Assembly (NCBI RefSeq): GCF_009914755.1 | Contig: NC_060938.1 | Source of the DNA: the human T2T-CHM13v2.0 reference genome, Homo sapiens | Strand: one strand, 5' to 3' | Length of the DNA: 64,000 nt | In this document: in pieces, positions 39,645 to 52,397 of the stretch | How positions within the stretch are numbered: the stretch's first letter is position 1 | Layout: every line of letters begins with the position of its first letter | The notes under the pieces: model-generated | What the model was told of the DNA's origin: nothing | The model's database searches: none | Seen by the model: the letters and a program-made list of their open reading frames with translations, nothing else | Translations under genes and position numbers: made by a program

Positions 39645-39700
39645 CCCTGTCTCTGTCTCTGCCTCTCTCTCTCTCTCTCTCTCGCTTGCTTTCTCTCTCA
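39645..39700. repeat. (CT)n-rich microsatellite
   Basis: ctgtctctgtctctgcctctctctctctctctctctc. Confidence 0.85.
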
Positions 39701-40569
39701 GCAGTTGAACTTACCTGTTACTCTGCAGTGAAAATTGTGATCTCAGGCATGAACCACCTTCAGTTTGCTGCTCTTGATCCCTGTCCTAACCATTTGAATA
39801 ATCTTGGCTTGCCCACATCAGAGAATGTTAGGAGCAGATAAAAAAGCCCATAGACATTTATACTTAGTCTTCAGAATCCATCCAGAGCAACTCTGCCCCT
39901 TCTTGGTTTTGACTTTCTGGTGCCTTGATTCCTTGCCCCATTTTCCCATTTTCTGCCTTCCACTTGCCACCTTGTTTCTTTAATTTGTGCCTCAATTTGA
40001 ACTCAGCATGCCAGCTTTGACCTTTATACTCCTCAAGGTCACATGTTCTGGTGGCTACTCTCCTCAGGGTGGAAGACGGTGGCAGTGGCTGGAGAGGCCT
40101 GCATTCAATTCCTGTATCTGCGGCTTGGCTGGATAACATGGCTTGTTCAGAACTGTAGAGTTCCTAAGGACTTTGGTGGCCCTGTGTCTAATATGACACC
40201 TTGCAGTTCTCACTGCTAGCCTCTCAGCCGCCAGCCAATGCTCGTAGCAATTACAAATCTCCAGGAGGACTTCCTGATACCCTCTGGTGTACCAAGAAGC
40301 TGTACAAAAAAGCATTTCAGTCAGTTCTTGTCTCTGTGGAGTGGGAGGCCAGTTTGGATCTCCTCCAGACGTACATCGTCCACCCATATAGGCCAGAAAT
40401 GCTTAGCTCACTACTAGAGTCTCTTTGAAGGGCACAGTTCATTACCAGTTACCTGCCTCCTAACTCCACCTGCCCCCTCCATGGTAGGCTGTTCCATCTT
40501 TCAACTTGCCTCACCTGCTAAATATCCACTTTCAACTCCTACATCTGACCCCAGAACTCAGGCTAGGAA

Positions 40570-41795
40570 ACCTAAGTAGGATTTAGAAAAGGCAGGACAT
40601 CTGGATGTGGTTGGGCAGATGGTACCAGTCATGGAGAGATGGGAATAGGAAAAGTAGCAGGACGTTTGAAGAGGAAGATGATAAGTGACTGTGGCCATGT
40701 TAAATCTCAAAATTAGAGAACTCAGTGAATGAATGAATGAGTCAGTAAATTCTCCTTGAGAGTGAGTTAAATTCTTGGGAATGTCCCTTATCTTCCTCAG
40801 CCTACCTACAAATTAATGGAGCAATGTGTAATCATTGTGACCTCCTGAGGGGCTTCTATTATGCATAGGTTGTACAGTCTGACTTACTCGCTGTATTCCC
40901 TCCCCTCCAGATCATGAGGGTTCCTTTCTCATCATATAAGTTGTTAAAACAAAAGGAACAGTGCTAATCACCTTAATACCAGTCATTTAAACAAAAGGGA
41001 TTTGTTATATGTAACTGAAAAGTTCCCACTCAAATTGTCTTGTTATAGCAGGAATACCATACACACTCATCAGAGATAAGTCCTAACTCGTGGTAGCTTT
41101 AGCAGTCTGTCAGTCTCTTTGTACTATAATATCTTACCATCTTTGCCTAACTGTTGATGGTCTGACGTGCGTCACAAACAAGGAGACTCAGAAGCTGGTG
41201 AACTAAAAAGAGGAGAAAATACCTCTAAGGTCACCAACCAACCAGTTTTATTATTTAGGTCAAGTATATAGTTTCTACAGAACCGTTACCCAAGGTTCCT
41301 CAAAAAAACCTCTGTCTGTTTATTCATCAGTTAATGTAAGTATGTAGCATCATTGCTTCTTTAAATGATAGTCAACAAGGAGAGAGAATAATGAGGACAG
41401 GACCTAAGTGTTCTGCAGGCATCTAGGAGGGTCTGGAATTGTCAGTTGCCATTTGCAACATTGGTTAGCATCAGAAACAAGCATGGAAGAAAACATGTGC
41501 TGAGACACCTCCCAAGTATATCTCTGGACTGAGAACTTGGCTCACTTCTCACACAAAGGCCCACTCTTAAATTCCATTTTATGAATTAATGATGGCAAAT
41601 GGCAAGCATGCATGTGTGTGTGTGTGTGTACATGCACACACTTGAATGCTGAGCATTTGAAGCCTTGCAGACCTCTATACCATTAGAGTAATAGTGTCAG
41701 GAAACCAGCTCCTTATCCAGCCTGGAGCTCAGAACAGAGGCTGGGCTGCAGATAGAGCTCTGGGAGTCATTGGCATGCTGGTGGAAGCTGAAGCA
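40570..41795 (-). mobile_element. L2 fragment split in two (40570-40706 and ~41670-41795) by ~1 kb of unassigned DNA
   Basis: gagatgggaata..ggccatgttaaatct, then cctggagctcagaacagaggctgggctgcagatag..ggagtcattggcat; colinear with the recalled L2 consensus. Confidence 0.5.
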
Positions 41796-42310
41796 TCTTA
41801 GGTATCTTTTGTATGTTTCAGCTTCCAAATTTCTTAACTTCAAAGATTCAGCAGACAATGTTGACTCTTTAAGGCGTATTGCAGTTTCTTCCATTATCAC
41901 GTGATTGTGAACACCACTGCTATAAAGTATAAATAACCTTTTTAATGGAAAAATAAAGAATGAAAACATTGTGAAATTTAAAATGAGGAACTTTTTAAAA
42001 GTATTTTTAATAATTTTATGAAGGTTGGAGAGTGAACAGAGATCTTCTAAGTGTCTTACAAGAACGAAATCCTTGAAGAGTTTGCAGTCACTGAAAAAAA
42101 AGTCAATAGAATACGTAGAAAAGTGGATAAGTCAATTGTCCTACTTTTGAAATACTGAAGTACATCTAAAGGTACACCTAAATACAAAATTAAAGAGAAC
42201 TCAATGAATGAATATGTGAATGAATGCATGAGTCAGTGAGTTCTCCTTGAGAGTGAGTTAAGCTCTTAGGAATGTCCTAAGAGCTACTTACAAATTAATG
42301 CCCTGGTGCT

Positions 42311-42670
42311 TGATATGGTTTGGCTCTTTACCCCCATCAAAATCTCACCTTGAATTGTAATAATCCCCACGTGTCAAGGGTGAGGCCAGGTGGAGGTGCT
42401 TGAATCATGAGGGCGGCTTCCCCCATGTTTTTCTCCTGATAGTGAGTACGTTTTCACGAGATTTGATGGTTTTATAAGCACCTGGCATTTCCCCTGCTGG
42501 CACTTATTGTCTCTCCTGTTGCCCTGTGAAGAGGAGCCTTCTGCCATGACTGTAAGTTTTCTGAGGCTTCCCCAGCCATGCAGAACTGTGAGTCAATTAA
42601 ACCTCTTTTTTTAAATAAATTATCCAGTCTTGGGTATTTCCTCATAGCAGCGTGAGAACAGACTAATACA
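42311..42670 (+). mobile_element. THE1C/D solo LTR
   Basis: tgatatggtttggct..gagaacagactaataca; TSD gtgct at 42306-42310 and 42671-42675. Confidence 0.93.
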
Positions 42671-44208
42671 GTGCTCCTTAAGCGCCTGAGGGTCTCTTGT
42701 TATTACTAAGCCAAAAATAAAAAATGAAGGCTCTACCTTCCCTATTAATTCATTTATTAACTCTACATTATTTTATCAAGTGCCACCAAGGAACCACTTT
42801 CATTCATTCACTTTTCTTTTTTCTTTTTATCTAATGTATAGAACTGTTCTAGATAACATGTTTTTCATTCATTCTGTGTGGCAGCTCTCTAAGAGAGGTG
42901 AAGTTCCCAGGCCAGGAGACCAGACTCTCAAGATCTGTTGGTGGCAATAGATCTTATATTGATGAAACCAAATATGCTTTGCTGAGAATATTGATAAACC
43001 AATTCAGTTTTACTGAGGGCTGTTTGCACTGATAGGTGGTCAAATACAAGAAGGAAGATAAATATGGATGATCCTGGCATCTGTGCCGCTGACATTCTTT
43101 TTATTACTTTAATTTTTTTCTGTACAGGGTATAAGTGAGGATGGGTGCCAAACTGTATTTAATTTTCCTATGTCTCCTGGAATGGCAGTTGTTAGCTTTA
43201 TGTACTAATTCTTAAACGAAAAGATACTTTTCTCTATGACAATGTGATGCTTCTACTTGATAATTTGATTCCTGCTTTCTAAACATGTAACAGTTAAACT
43301 TTAATTAATGGGGATACATGTTTAATGAGATATATGGATTAATTGAAATATAGAATTATTGAAACCTTCCTTCCTAAAACAAAATTTTTATATCTTCCAG
43401 CCTTAATAAATTATATCCAGTATAGTCTATTTATCTTCCTTTGATTAATCTGGATTTTGTCATTCTTCAGGATAAAAGCAATAATTTATGCTTCTACTAT
43501 AATATATATGTACACATGGAGAAAGTCATTTCACTCTTTATTTCCAGGATCTTGCCTCAGAATTGGAGTTACAGCAATAACTACATCCTTTATTCCCATT
43601 TGTTTTCTTTTGGTTGCCTCTTTAACCTCAGGGCTGACAATACTGGCCCAAATTCAGTTTCACTGGGGATTTAGTTATTTGAGGTTTTAAAAATCACTGT
43701 TAGTCTTTTTTTTCTATTTCAGTTGGAAGTCATACATTTGAATAAAATATATTTAAGTTGCTGACTAAACCAAAGAAATGAATGTCCTCTAAGTTCTAGA
43801 AAGCATGTATTTGTTAAACCAAATTCGGAATTAGATTCCCTTAGATGTGCATTTATCTGCTGGTTGAATGGTGTAATTGTCTCTAGCTTTCTACTAACTC
43901 TTCATTCGTTGTTCAGTCAATGAATATTTATCCAGTGTCTACAATCTGTCAGACAGTGTATGAGATACTGGGGAATACATAGGCGGCAAACCACAATCTC
44001 TGCCTTCAGTTTACTTATAAGGCTAGTGGGGGTCATCAGGCAGGAATTCTGTCTTCAGCATCACTGGCTGAAAAATTAAGGCTAGATTTCAAGTTCATTA
44101 TTTTTCAGTCAATGAAAAAGCAGAATTTTAGCAGCCTTCCTGGAAAACTCAAGGTTGCCTCTGGCTGCTAAAGTTTGCAAGAGGCTTCAACATATGATTT
44201 TTCTGTGT

Positions 44209-44388
44209 CAGTGGTTCTTAAACTCTAATATGCCTGGAATGACTGGAGAGCTTGTTAAAACAGATTGTGGGGCCTTACCCCAGAGGTTCTGATTCAGTAG
44301 GTCTGGGGTTGGAAGGTGAGGAGGTGGATTTGCATTTCTGAGTCCACAGATGCTGCTGGTTTGGGGACCACACTTTGAGAACTGCTGG
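44209..44388. mobile_element. MER5A (hAT-Charlie MITE)
   Basis: Terminal inverted repeats cagtggttct..agaactgctg; tctgattcagtaggtctgggg core. Confidence 0.85.
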
Positions 44389-44439
44389 TTTAAACCATCA
44401 TGTTCCTTAACAGACCCTCCTTCCAGTGATGACAGTGAT

Positions 44440-44690
44440 GTTAATAATAATGATGAGAATGGGTCACATTTAGTGAGTTCTTATTGAGTGTCAGGTATTT
44501 TGCCCTTTACAAATAAAGTACAGCCAATCTTCACAACAACCTGATGAAATAGGTGTGATGACTTTCCTTATTCTACATATGAAGAAATGAACATTTGAAG
44601 AGGTTAATTAATTTGCCCACAGTCACAGAGCTAGTAAGCGACAAAGGCCAGGATTTGAATTTAAATCTTTCTGATACATGTCTGCTCCAG
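44440..44690 (-). mobile_element. MIR
   Basis: aatcttcacaacaacctgatgaaatagg..ttgcccacagtcacagagctagtaag..ggatttgaa. Confidence 0.75.
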
Positions 44691-45420
44691 CCACCATGCT
44701 CTCCTGCCTTCCTGTGATGGCCAGCACACCTGGGCAGTGATGGAACAGGGCAATCATGATCTCCTTGGGAGACACCATAGGCATCTCTTTGACCTGTCGT
44801 CATGTGCACCTGCACCTTAGGGGATTCTGAATACATGATTCTTTGGGCTCTTGTGACAGAACTTCCCTTAGTAATCTATTCTAGAGGTTAACACATTTTT
44901 TTGATGGGAAGTTTTCTTTTTAATTGGATAAAATATTTCTGTTTTATAGATTTTTTAAAGCTATCAAATCATCAAGATTTAGATAACTGTAGCACAGTAC
45001 CCCGGTTAAATTGACCACAGCTCTAGATGAAACAAGATTTGAGAGTGAGGACTGGAACATGTCTGTGTTTTTCTGGAGGGTCATACACCCTCTTTCCATT
45101 CCTCATCCTTTTACAACTCTTTTCAAAAGGTGTCTGCAAAATTATCTGGAGCTTTCCTGACCTGTCTCAGTTAAAGTAGTTTTTGCACTATCTCCTGACA
45201 TAAAAACAGTAATTACCCAGTATATTAATTAATACTTCTCTCAGGAGGGTTTGATAATCTTCATTCCCCTCAGGGAAATCAAAGAATGTGCTGGTGGTCC
45301 ATCAGCTTCCTGGGAAATGCATCTGGCTTTCTGGTTAGACATCATAGTCTTTGGTGGGGAATTGTTCCCATCTCCTGACCCTGCACCAGACTCTGCTTCT
45401 ACCTACAAAGATGAGAACGC

Positions 45421-45830
45421 CTCCCTTCCTTCCTTCTGTCTTTCCTTCCGTCTTTCCTTCCGTCTTTCCTTCCGTCTTTCCTTCCTTCCTTCTTTCCTTC
45501 CTTCCTTCTTTCCTTCCTTCCTTCTTTCCTTCCTTCCTTCTTTCCTTCCTTCCTTCTTTCCTTCCTTCCTTCCTTCCTTCCTTCCTTCCTTCCTTCCTTC
45601 CTTCTTTCCTCCCTCCCTTCCTCTCTCTTTCTCTTTCTCTCCTTTCTTCTCTTTTTCTTTCTCTTTCTCTTTCTTTGCCTCTTTCTTTCTGTTTCTTTTT
45701 CTCTTTGTCTTTCTTCTTTTTCTCTTTATTTCTTTCTGTTTTTTTCTTTTTCTCTTTTTCTCTCTCTTTTTCTCTTCTTTCTCTTTCTTTTCCTTTCTTT
45801 CTTTTCTTTTCTCTTTCTTTTCTTTCTTTT
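45421..45830. repeat. 410-bp compound polypyrimidine tract: (CTTTCCTTCCGT)n, (CCTT)n, (CT/CTTT)n
   Basis: Almost purine-free on the + strand. Confidence 0.97.
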
Positions 45831-46249
45831 GTAAAGGAATAAAAGAGTGGCTACTGCATAGGCAGAGCAGCTGGTAAGCCCTTTCAGGTGGGAGCTCAGA
45901 GGTCCATCCTGTCACCAAATTTGATCTTTATTCTGTTCTTCTCTTTTTTCCTTCCTCTTTTTAATCCCCCTTTTTTATTTTCTCATAGACGATCACTAAC
46001 CCCTAACCCATTGAACAGGCAATTATGTTATTTCCTTTACTCAGTGATTGACCAGAAAATGGAATGTTCCATTATATTCCTTGTCTTAGAATCCTGTTTA
46101 TATGTCTCAGTTGTTTTTAATGGAAATTGAGGGGCCTCAGCTTTTACTGTTTATTTGCCAGATGTCAAGCTTTAAAAGTTAACTCTCAATCTAGAGGCCT
46201 TTTTGCCAGCTAGTAAGACCAATCTACTTTATTTAAGCTTTAGTGAGCT

Positions 46250-46327
46250 GTTCTTCTTCCTTCTTTCTTTTCTTCTTCCTTCTTCTTTTCTCCTCCTCCT
46301 TCATCATCATCATAATCATCGTCATCA
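46250..46327. repeat. (CTT)n-(CCT)n-(CAT)n trinucleotide tract
   Basis: ttcttcttcc..tcctcctcct tcatcatcatcat. Confidence 0.8.
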
Positions 46328-47129
46328 AATAAAGCACAGATACTTAAAATAACACAAAACAAGCATACGGCACAATAAGTATTTTAAGGTAAACATTCTT
46401 GAAATCATAGCCCAGGCAAGAAGTAGAACTTTGTTATCTATTCAGAAGGCCCTTCCATGTACCTCATTCCAATCACAGGTCCCTCCTTCCCCACAAAAGT
46501 AACTATATCCTGACTTTATCATAATCATTTGATGCATTTTTATAATGTTATCCTGCATTTGTGTGTCTTTAGCACTATTGTTTAGTCGTGATCATTTTTA
46601 ACATCTGATATGCCTTTAGGTCTCTTTTAATTTACAGATACGCTCTTCATCCCTTTTGCTTTCTTAAAATTTATGTGGAAGAATCCAGGCTATTTGACCT
46701 TTAGAGTTTCCCTGAGTCTGGGTCTTGCTGCCTGCAGTCTCTTGGTGCAGTACAACACGTTCCCCTTTCCTCTGTATTTCCTGGAAATTGGCAACTGGAT
46801 CCAGACACTGGATCAGATTCCTGTTTACCCCTTTGGCAAGATTCTAGGTGGTATTTGGCAAGATCATAGGAGGCACAGGATATCTGGTTGTCTCTCTTTT
46901 TGTGATAGGAACAGTTGTTATGCTTAATGTCTACATCTATTAATTCATTTGGGTTGCAAAATGATGCCATTCTATTTCTATTATGTCTTTCCCATTTATT
47001 AGTTGGAATATATTTATACAGAGATAATTCATTTACTATCAATACATCAATGGCATAGTTCACATAGGAAAAGAAGGCTGAATGCTTGATTCTTTCCCTT
47101 TATTTACTTATTCTCAATATAATGAATTA

Positions 47130-47472
47130 CAGTTGGTCCTCCATATCTGTGGGTTCTACATCTCTGGATTCAACCAACCACAGACCAAAAAGTATTTGGA
47201 AAAAAAAATGGGATGATTGCGTATGTAATGAACATGTACAGACCTTTTTCTTGTCATTATTCCCTAAACAGTATAGTGTGACAACTATTTATATAGCATT
47301 TACATTGTATTAGGTATTACATATAATCTAGAGTTGATTTAAAGTATACGGGAGGATGTGTGTAGATTTTATACAAATACTACATCATTTTATATAAGGG
47401 ACTTGAACACTGTGGATTTTGGTATCCTTGGGGTCCTGGAACCAGTTTCCTGTGGATATTGAAGAGCTACTG
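47130..47472. mobile_element. MER2 (Tigger MITE)
   Basis: cagttggtcctccatatctgtggg..ggattcaaccaacc..ttttatataagggacttga..ggtcctggaacca. Confidence 0.88.
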
Positions 47473-47682
47473 TGGTTCTGTCACATTTCAAAGGTGACCA
47501 ATTCCTTTTTTAAAAAATCACTTAAGAACTCATGGATTTAAACCTATTTAATATGTCTCAATACATTGCATTTATTATCATTATGAAGCTCAAATTATCT
47601 CATCTTGGGCTAGTGGAAGCCTCTTCAAAGTGTCTCCTAGGTCCTTATAATCAAGCAGTCTTTTATTGCTTCCTTGCTTTCT

Positions 47683-48169
<487 letters not shown>

Positions 48170-48258
48170 TAGGGATGCACTTTACTACTGGATCAGCCTT
48201 TGTTTCCTGGCCTTTTCAGTGGACAGAGCTAGGAAAGGTATATGTGCGTAGACACTCA

Positions 48259-48289
48259 CATACATACATACATACATACATACATACAT
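48259..48289. repeat. (CATA)n tetranucleotide repeat
   Basis: catacatacatacatacatacatacatacat. Confidence 0.9.
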
Positions 48290-51261
48290 GCATATAATTT
48301 GAATCTGCCCTTTCCACTGTTTTTCAGTAGTGGAACTTTGTGTTGTTTTTAGCCTTCTCATAGTCATAGTTCCATAAAGTATAAAGCAATCCTTAGCCAA
48401 TGTCAGCCATTTTCAATGTCAATGTCAGCCACTTTGGTTGTCTGGTCATTTGTCCTAGTCATGTTCCTCAAGAAAAGTTCTTGGGGATGATATTCCCTGA
48501 GCCCTTGCATGCAAATTGATAAGTTTGTACCATTTATACTTGAAAGTGAGTTTTGCTTGATATAAGATTATTGGCTCGTTCTTTCTTTGAATATCTTAAA
48601 TATATCATTCCATTTCCTTCTGGCAAAAAGCATCGTTGTGGAAAAAACGAATGGCAATTTAATTTCTTCCCTTATAATTCATATGTTCTTTTCCTAGGTG
48701 CTCAGAGGATCTCTCCTCTCCTCCCCTCTGCCCCCTTCCCCTCTTTCTTCCTGTTTTTTGTTTTTTCTTAACAGTATATTTTACTAGAATGTGGTTTGCT
48801 ATTGGTCATTGTGGGATGATATTCTGAGGTACATGGTGTGTTTTCTTCAATGTGTACTTTTAAGTCTTTTCTTTTTTAAATTTAGAAGAGTTTTTGTGAA
48901 TTATAGTTTTCAGTATTTGTTCTGTTCCCTCACATTGGCTTTGCTTATGCTGCAAGGGACTCTTATTATCAGTGCGCTGGAGTTCCTTTGCATATCTTTA
49001 ATTTTTCTCATTTTCTCTTGAATCCTTTTTTGTTTTTTGAAATTTCTTTTTGATTTTTAAAATGTTTCTCTTTTGCATATTTGTCTTAATGCGTTATCTG
49101 TTGTGTATTTGTGCTATTGTGTTTCTTCTAGTTCTTTATTTCTGAAATATGTTTAATTTTTGAGTTTTGTTGCCTCATTTCTGTGTATTTCTAGTTTTGA
49201 TTTTTCATTCAGGTTTTCTATCATTTTTAAAATGTCGTCCGACTCATTTTGAAGTGTGAGTTGACAATTTTGTTGTTCTGTGGGCGTGCCTTTCCAGCAT
49301 GCTTTCTTTGCCTGTGGAATGCTATTCAGCTCATATTCTTTCCCCTTGTAATAACTTTGTGTGGTATCTTGTGTGATACTTTTCTATGGCTCATTTTTAG
49401 TAAAAGTAGTTTTTCTAAACTTCAGAATGAGGAGGGGTTCAGAGCAGCTTTTCTTACTTCACTCGGCTCCTTTTGTTGTTTTTGTGTAGTATTCAAATAT
49501 GGCAGCTTGCTTTCTGAGCTTTCTTGGCTCTGCTCCTCTCCCTCAGTTTGGTCTGAACTCTCCATTTCCTTTGTCTCTCTTGTCCCTATTCTGCTCCATT
49601 TTGATTGCACTCCAGCAGCTTCCCCGCAGCATGGCCCCTGTCCTAGAAGGGGGCCTGATCGGTTTGGGGAGTTGCTAGAGACCCCTTCTCACTGCAGGCC
49701 ACTTGCATTCACTTGTTATTGGAGAGGGCAGCACCTCCCAGTTTCAACTGCTCTTCTCACATTGGTCCTCTGTTTTCCAGTGAATACCTGTTGTGGTTTT
49801 TCTGTTCTCAGGTTCATAAGTCACAGTCCCCATTGCTTTCCTCTTTTTCCTCCTGCACTGATAGGCCCCATGCAGGTTTAGGGATTTCTGGTAGTTTGTT
49901 TCTACTCACTTATATTTGGGGGCTCAGAGGGATACCCCTTCATCTCATTTTGTTATAAGTGTTGTCCATGGGTTTTGGGTTTTGCTATCTTGTTTTCCTA
50001 TTTTTATGTGGGGACTTGGAGAGATTGAAAGACTATGCTTGCCACTACTGCTGTCTTCCCAGAATCTTCCCCTCATAGGGAGCTCTTGATAAATCTGCCC
50101 CCCACCACCCTGCTCCACCAGTTTCCTTCTCACTTAGAACAGGAAGAACTATTTTGGATTCCATGGCGGAGACCTTGAAAAGTGTTTCTGATGGGGAACT
50201 CTCTGCTCCTTTTTTTCCCTCCCTTTATTCTGCCAGGTAGATTTGAGGACGGAGGGGTTAGCGGTGTGACAGGATGGTGTGTCCATTTCCTGTCTTGTTC
50301 TACATAGGACTAAACCAAAAGAGGAGTGAGAGTGGAATGGTTCAGAGATAAAAGCTGTCTCTGCCTCACCTAAAGCTTGAGTTACTTATTGTTAAGTGAG
50401 AAGAAATATTTAAGATACAGGTTTTTTTGAGGCTTACATTACACTTCCAGGAGGAGGCAGGTGCCACAAGGGGAAACCAGCACTGTGACCTGAGAAACAT
50501 TTTTAATGCTATGTTCACATGGGGAAAATTGGAGAGGTCTGGGATTTAACCCTGTCATAAAGATTAGTCATGTGCATATAAAAACACAGCAGCCCTCACA
50601 AGGTGGGGTTTCCTCCTCACTCTTGCCTCTGGAGGAAGCCTGCCATATGACTGAAGTCAGCACTCCTTCCTTCCTGGCTAGCAGGCCCTGTGTCCTCCCC
50701 AGGTCAGGGACAGACTGTCAAATCACCAGACTCTGCGATTTTTCTGTGCAGGTGCCAGGCATCCTCAGAAATCTGAGTGCTGTCCTGCTTGCAGCTCTCA
50801 CTGGCAGCCAGGGCTGCATTTGAGTTGGGAGCAGGCGAGAAGGCCCCCTTTGATTGGCATTTCCTTTATTAGCTGGGAGCCTACAAACAATCAACCCTTC
50901 CAGCATGCCAGCATTCAGTGTTTGGCCCGTGAGTGTGTCTTGGTGACCTTTATTTGCATTGGCCTGCAGATAATAGTTTCCTCAGTGAGGAGGAGGCGGG
51001 AGGAGGTAAACAGCATACATGAAGCCTAAGTATTAACTGTGAGGACTTAAGTATAGGATGTGCGGCTAGGTCTGGCAACCTCAGTTCCGCTGCCCTTTGT
51101 GAAGGGGACAGGGACTATATCATTAGCCACCCTGGCCAAGCACCACTGCAGGGGCACTTACAGGTTCAAAGATTTTAGACAGTAAATAGCCAGTGACCTT
51201 CAGAGGTCCCTAAACCAGGAGGCCACACCTGATAACTATGGAAGGAACCAAAGTCAGCAAT

Positions 51262-51530
51262 CTAGGAGAGGTTGCCAACCGGTGGCCTGCAGACGAGTTT
51301 CATTCAACTTCAGAAAGTTTGAAAAAAAATGTAATTAGTTGTCAACATATCTCCTGCTAAATATCAGGAGACTTCGTGCTTAAAAACAAACAAACAAAAC
51401 AAAAAAACACCAATTTCTGACTTCTCTTGAGAAACGAGAGGACTGTAAACCATTGGCTGGAGCTGAGTGGCAGCTGCCCCCTAATTCAGGGAACTCTGTT
51501 CTTCTCCTTGCCATAGTCCTCCCTCTCCTC
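51262..51530. mobile_element. hAT-Charlie MITE (MER102-like)
   Basis: aatttctgacttctcttgagaaac..attggctggagctgagtggcagctgccccc. Confidence 0.55.
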
Positions 51531-51960
51531 TACCATTAGTTTTACTCTTTTTCCTGGATTATTCCCATCAGCATACAAACCTACTGTTAGTTCTCCTTTC
51601 TTAAAAAAGTCGACCTTTCCTTGACTTTACTTCCCCTAACAGCTGCTCCCCACTTTCTTTCTCTTCTTTGCAGCAAAAACTATTTAAAAGAGTTGTTCAC
51701 ACTCAGTGTCTGTTTCTCTCTCCCATTCTCTTTGCAGTCAAGCTTTGACGCCCATGGCTCCACCCAGTGCCGTGTGATGTATGTCACAGTGTGATAATCT
51801 TTGTGATCAGCCTTGTGGCTTTAAAAAGCCTGTGAGTCCCAAATGCATCTCCAGCTCAGGCCTTCCTCTGGAACTGCAGTCATAGATCCAGCTGCCTACC
51901 TGATGCCTCTTCTTGGTGACTAATTGAACTCATATATCTGGCACATCCAGACTGAACTCT
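51530..51960 (+). mobile_element. L2 fragment
   Basis: ttcccatcagcatacaaac..cagcaaaaactatttaaaagagttg..atccagctgcctacctga. Confidence 0.55.
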
Positions 51961-51974
51961 TGGCCCTCCCACTT

Positions 51975-52397
51975 TTACCAGCCAGCTTCCATGTACCTCT
52001 CAGTATCCACTCTCCACCTTCCCCAACCTCCCTCACTTTCGGCCCTGGGAGAATGACTTGTATGTGCCCTTCTACTCTCTGGCTTCTGGTTGTCAGATCT
52101 GAAGAGAGAGGAGAGCAAGGTCAGAGTGTTTGATTCCTCAGCGTAGTCCAGGGCTGACTGCATCCCTCTATCAAAGGCAAGTCAACACAGCCATCTCCTC
52201 AGGATCCTTTCCTTTCTGAGCAGTTAGGCCTAGGGCTGGTCACTGCCTGCTGTTTACCAGCCTTGGGGTATCGTGCTCTCACTTGTGGTTTCGCTACCCC
52301 CTGCCCAAACCTTTGTAAATAGCCTCTTCATGAAACCCTCCATGAATTAACCTAATTTGAGTGTGCCATCTGTTTCCTGCTAGGACCTTGATTGTAC
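51975..52397 (+). mobile_element. LTR33-like ERVL solo LTR
   Basis: ctctggcttctggttg..gaggagagcaaggtcagagtg..ctttgtaaatagcc..tttgagtgtgccatctgtttcctgc. Confidence 0.7.

Noticed and set aside
45251-45918. Three long ORFs (208, 163 and 171 aa)
   Set aside because: Stop-free translations of the CT-rich microsatellite; low complexity.
49249-49881. 210-aa ORF
   Set aside because: TTG start, F/L/S/C-rich antisense reading of T-rich old L1-like DNA; no recognisable domain.
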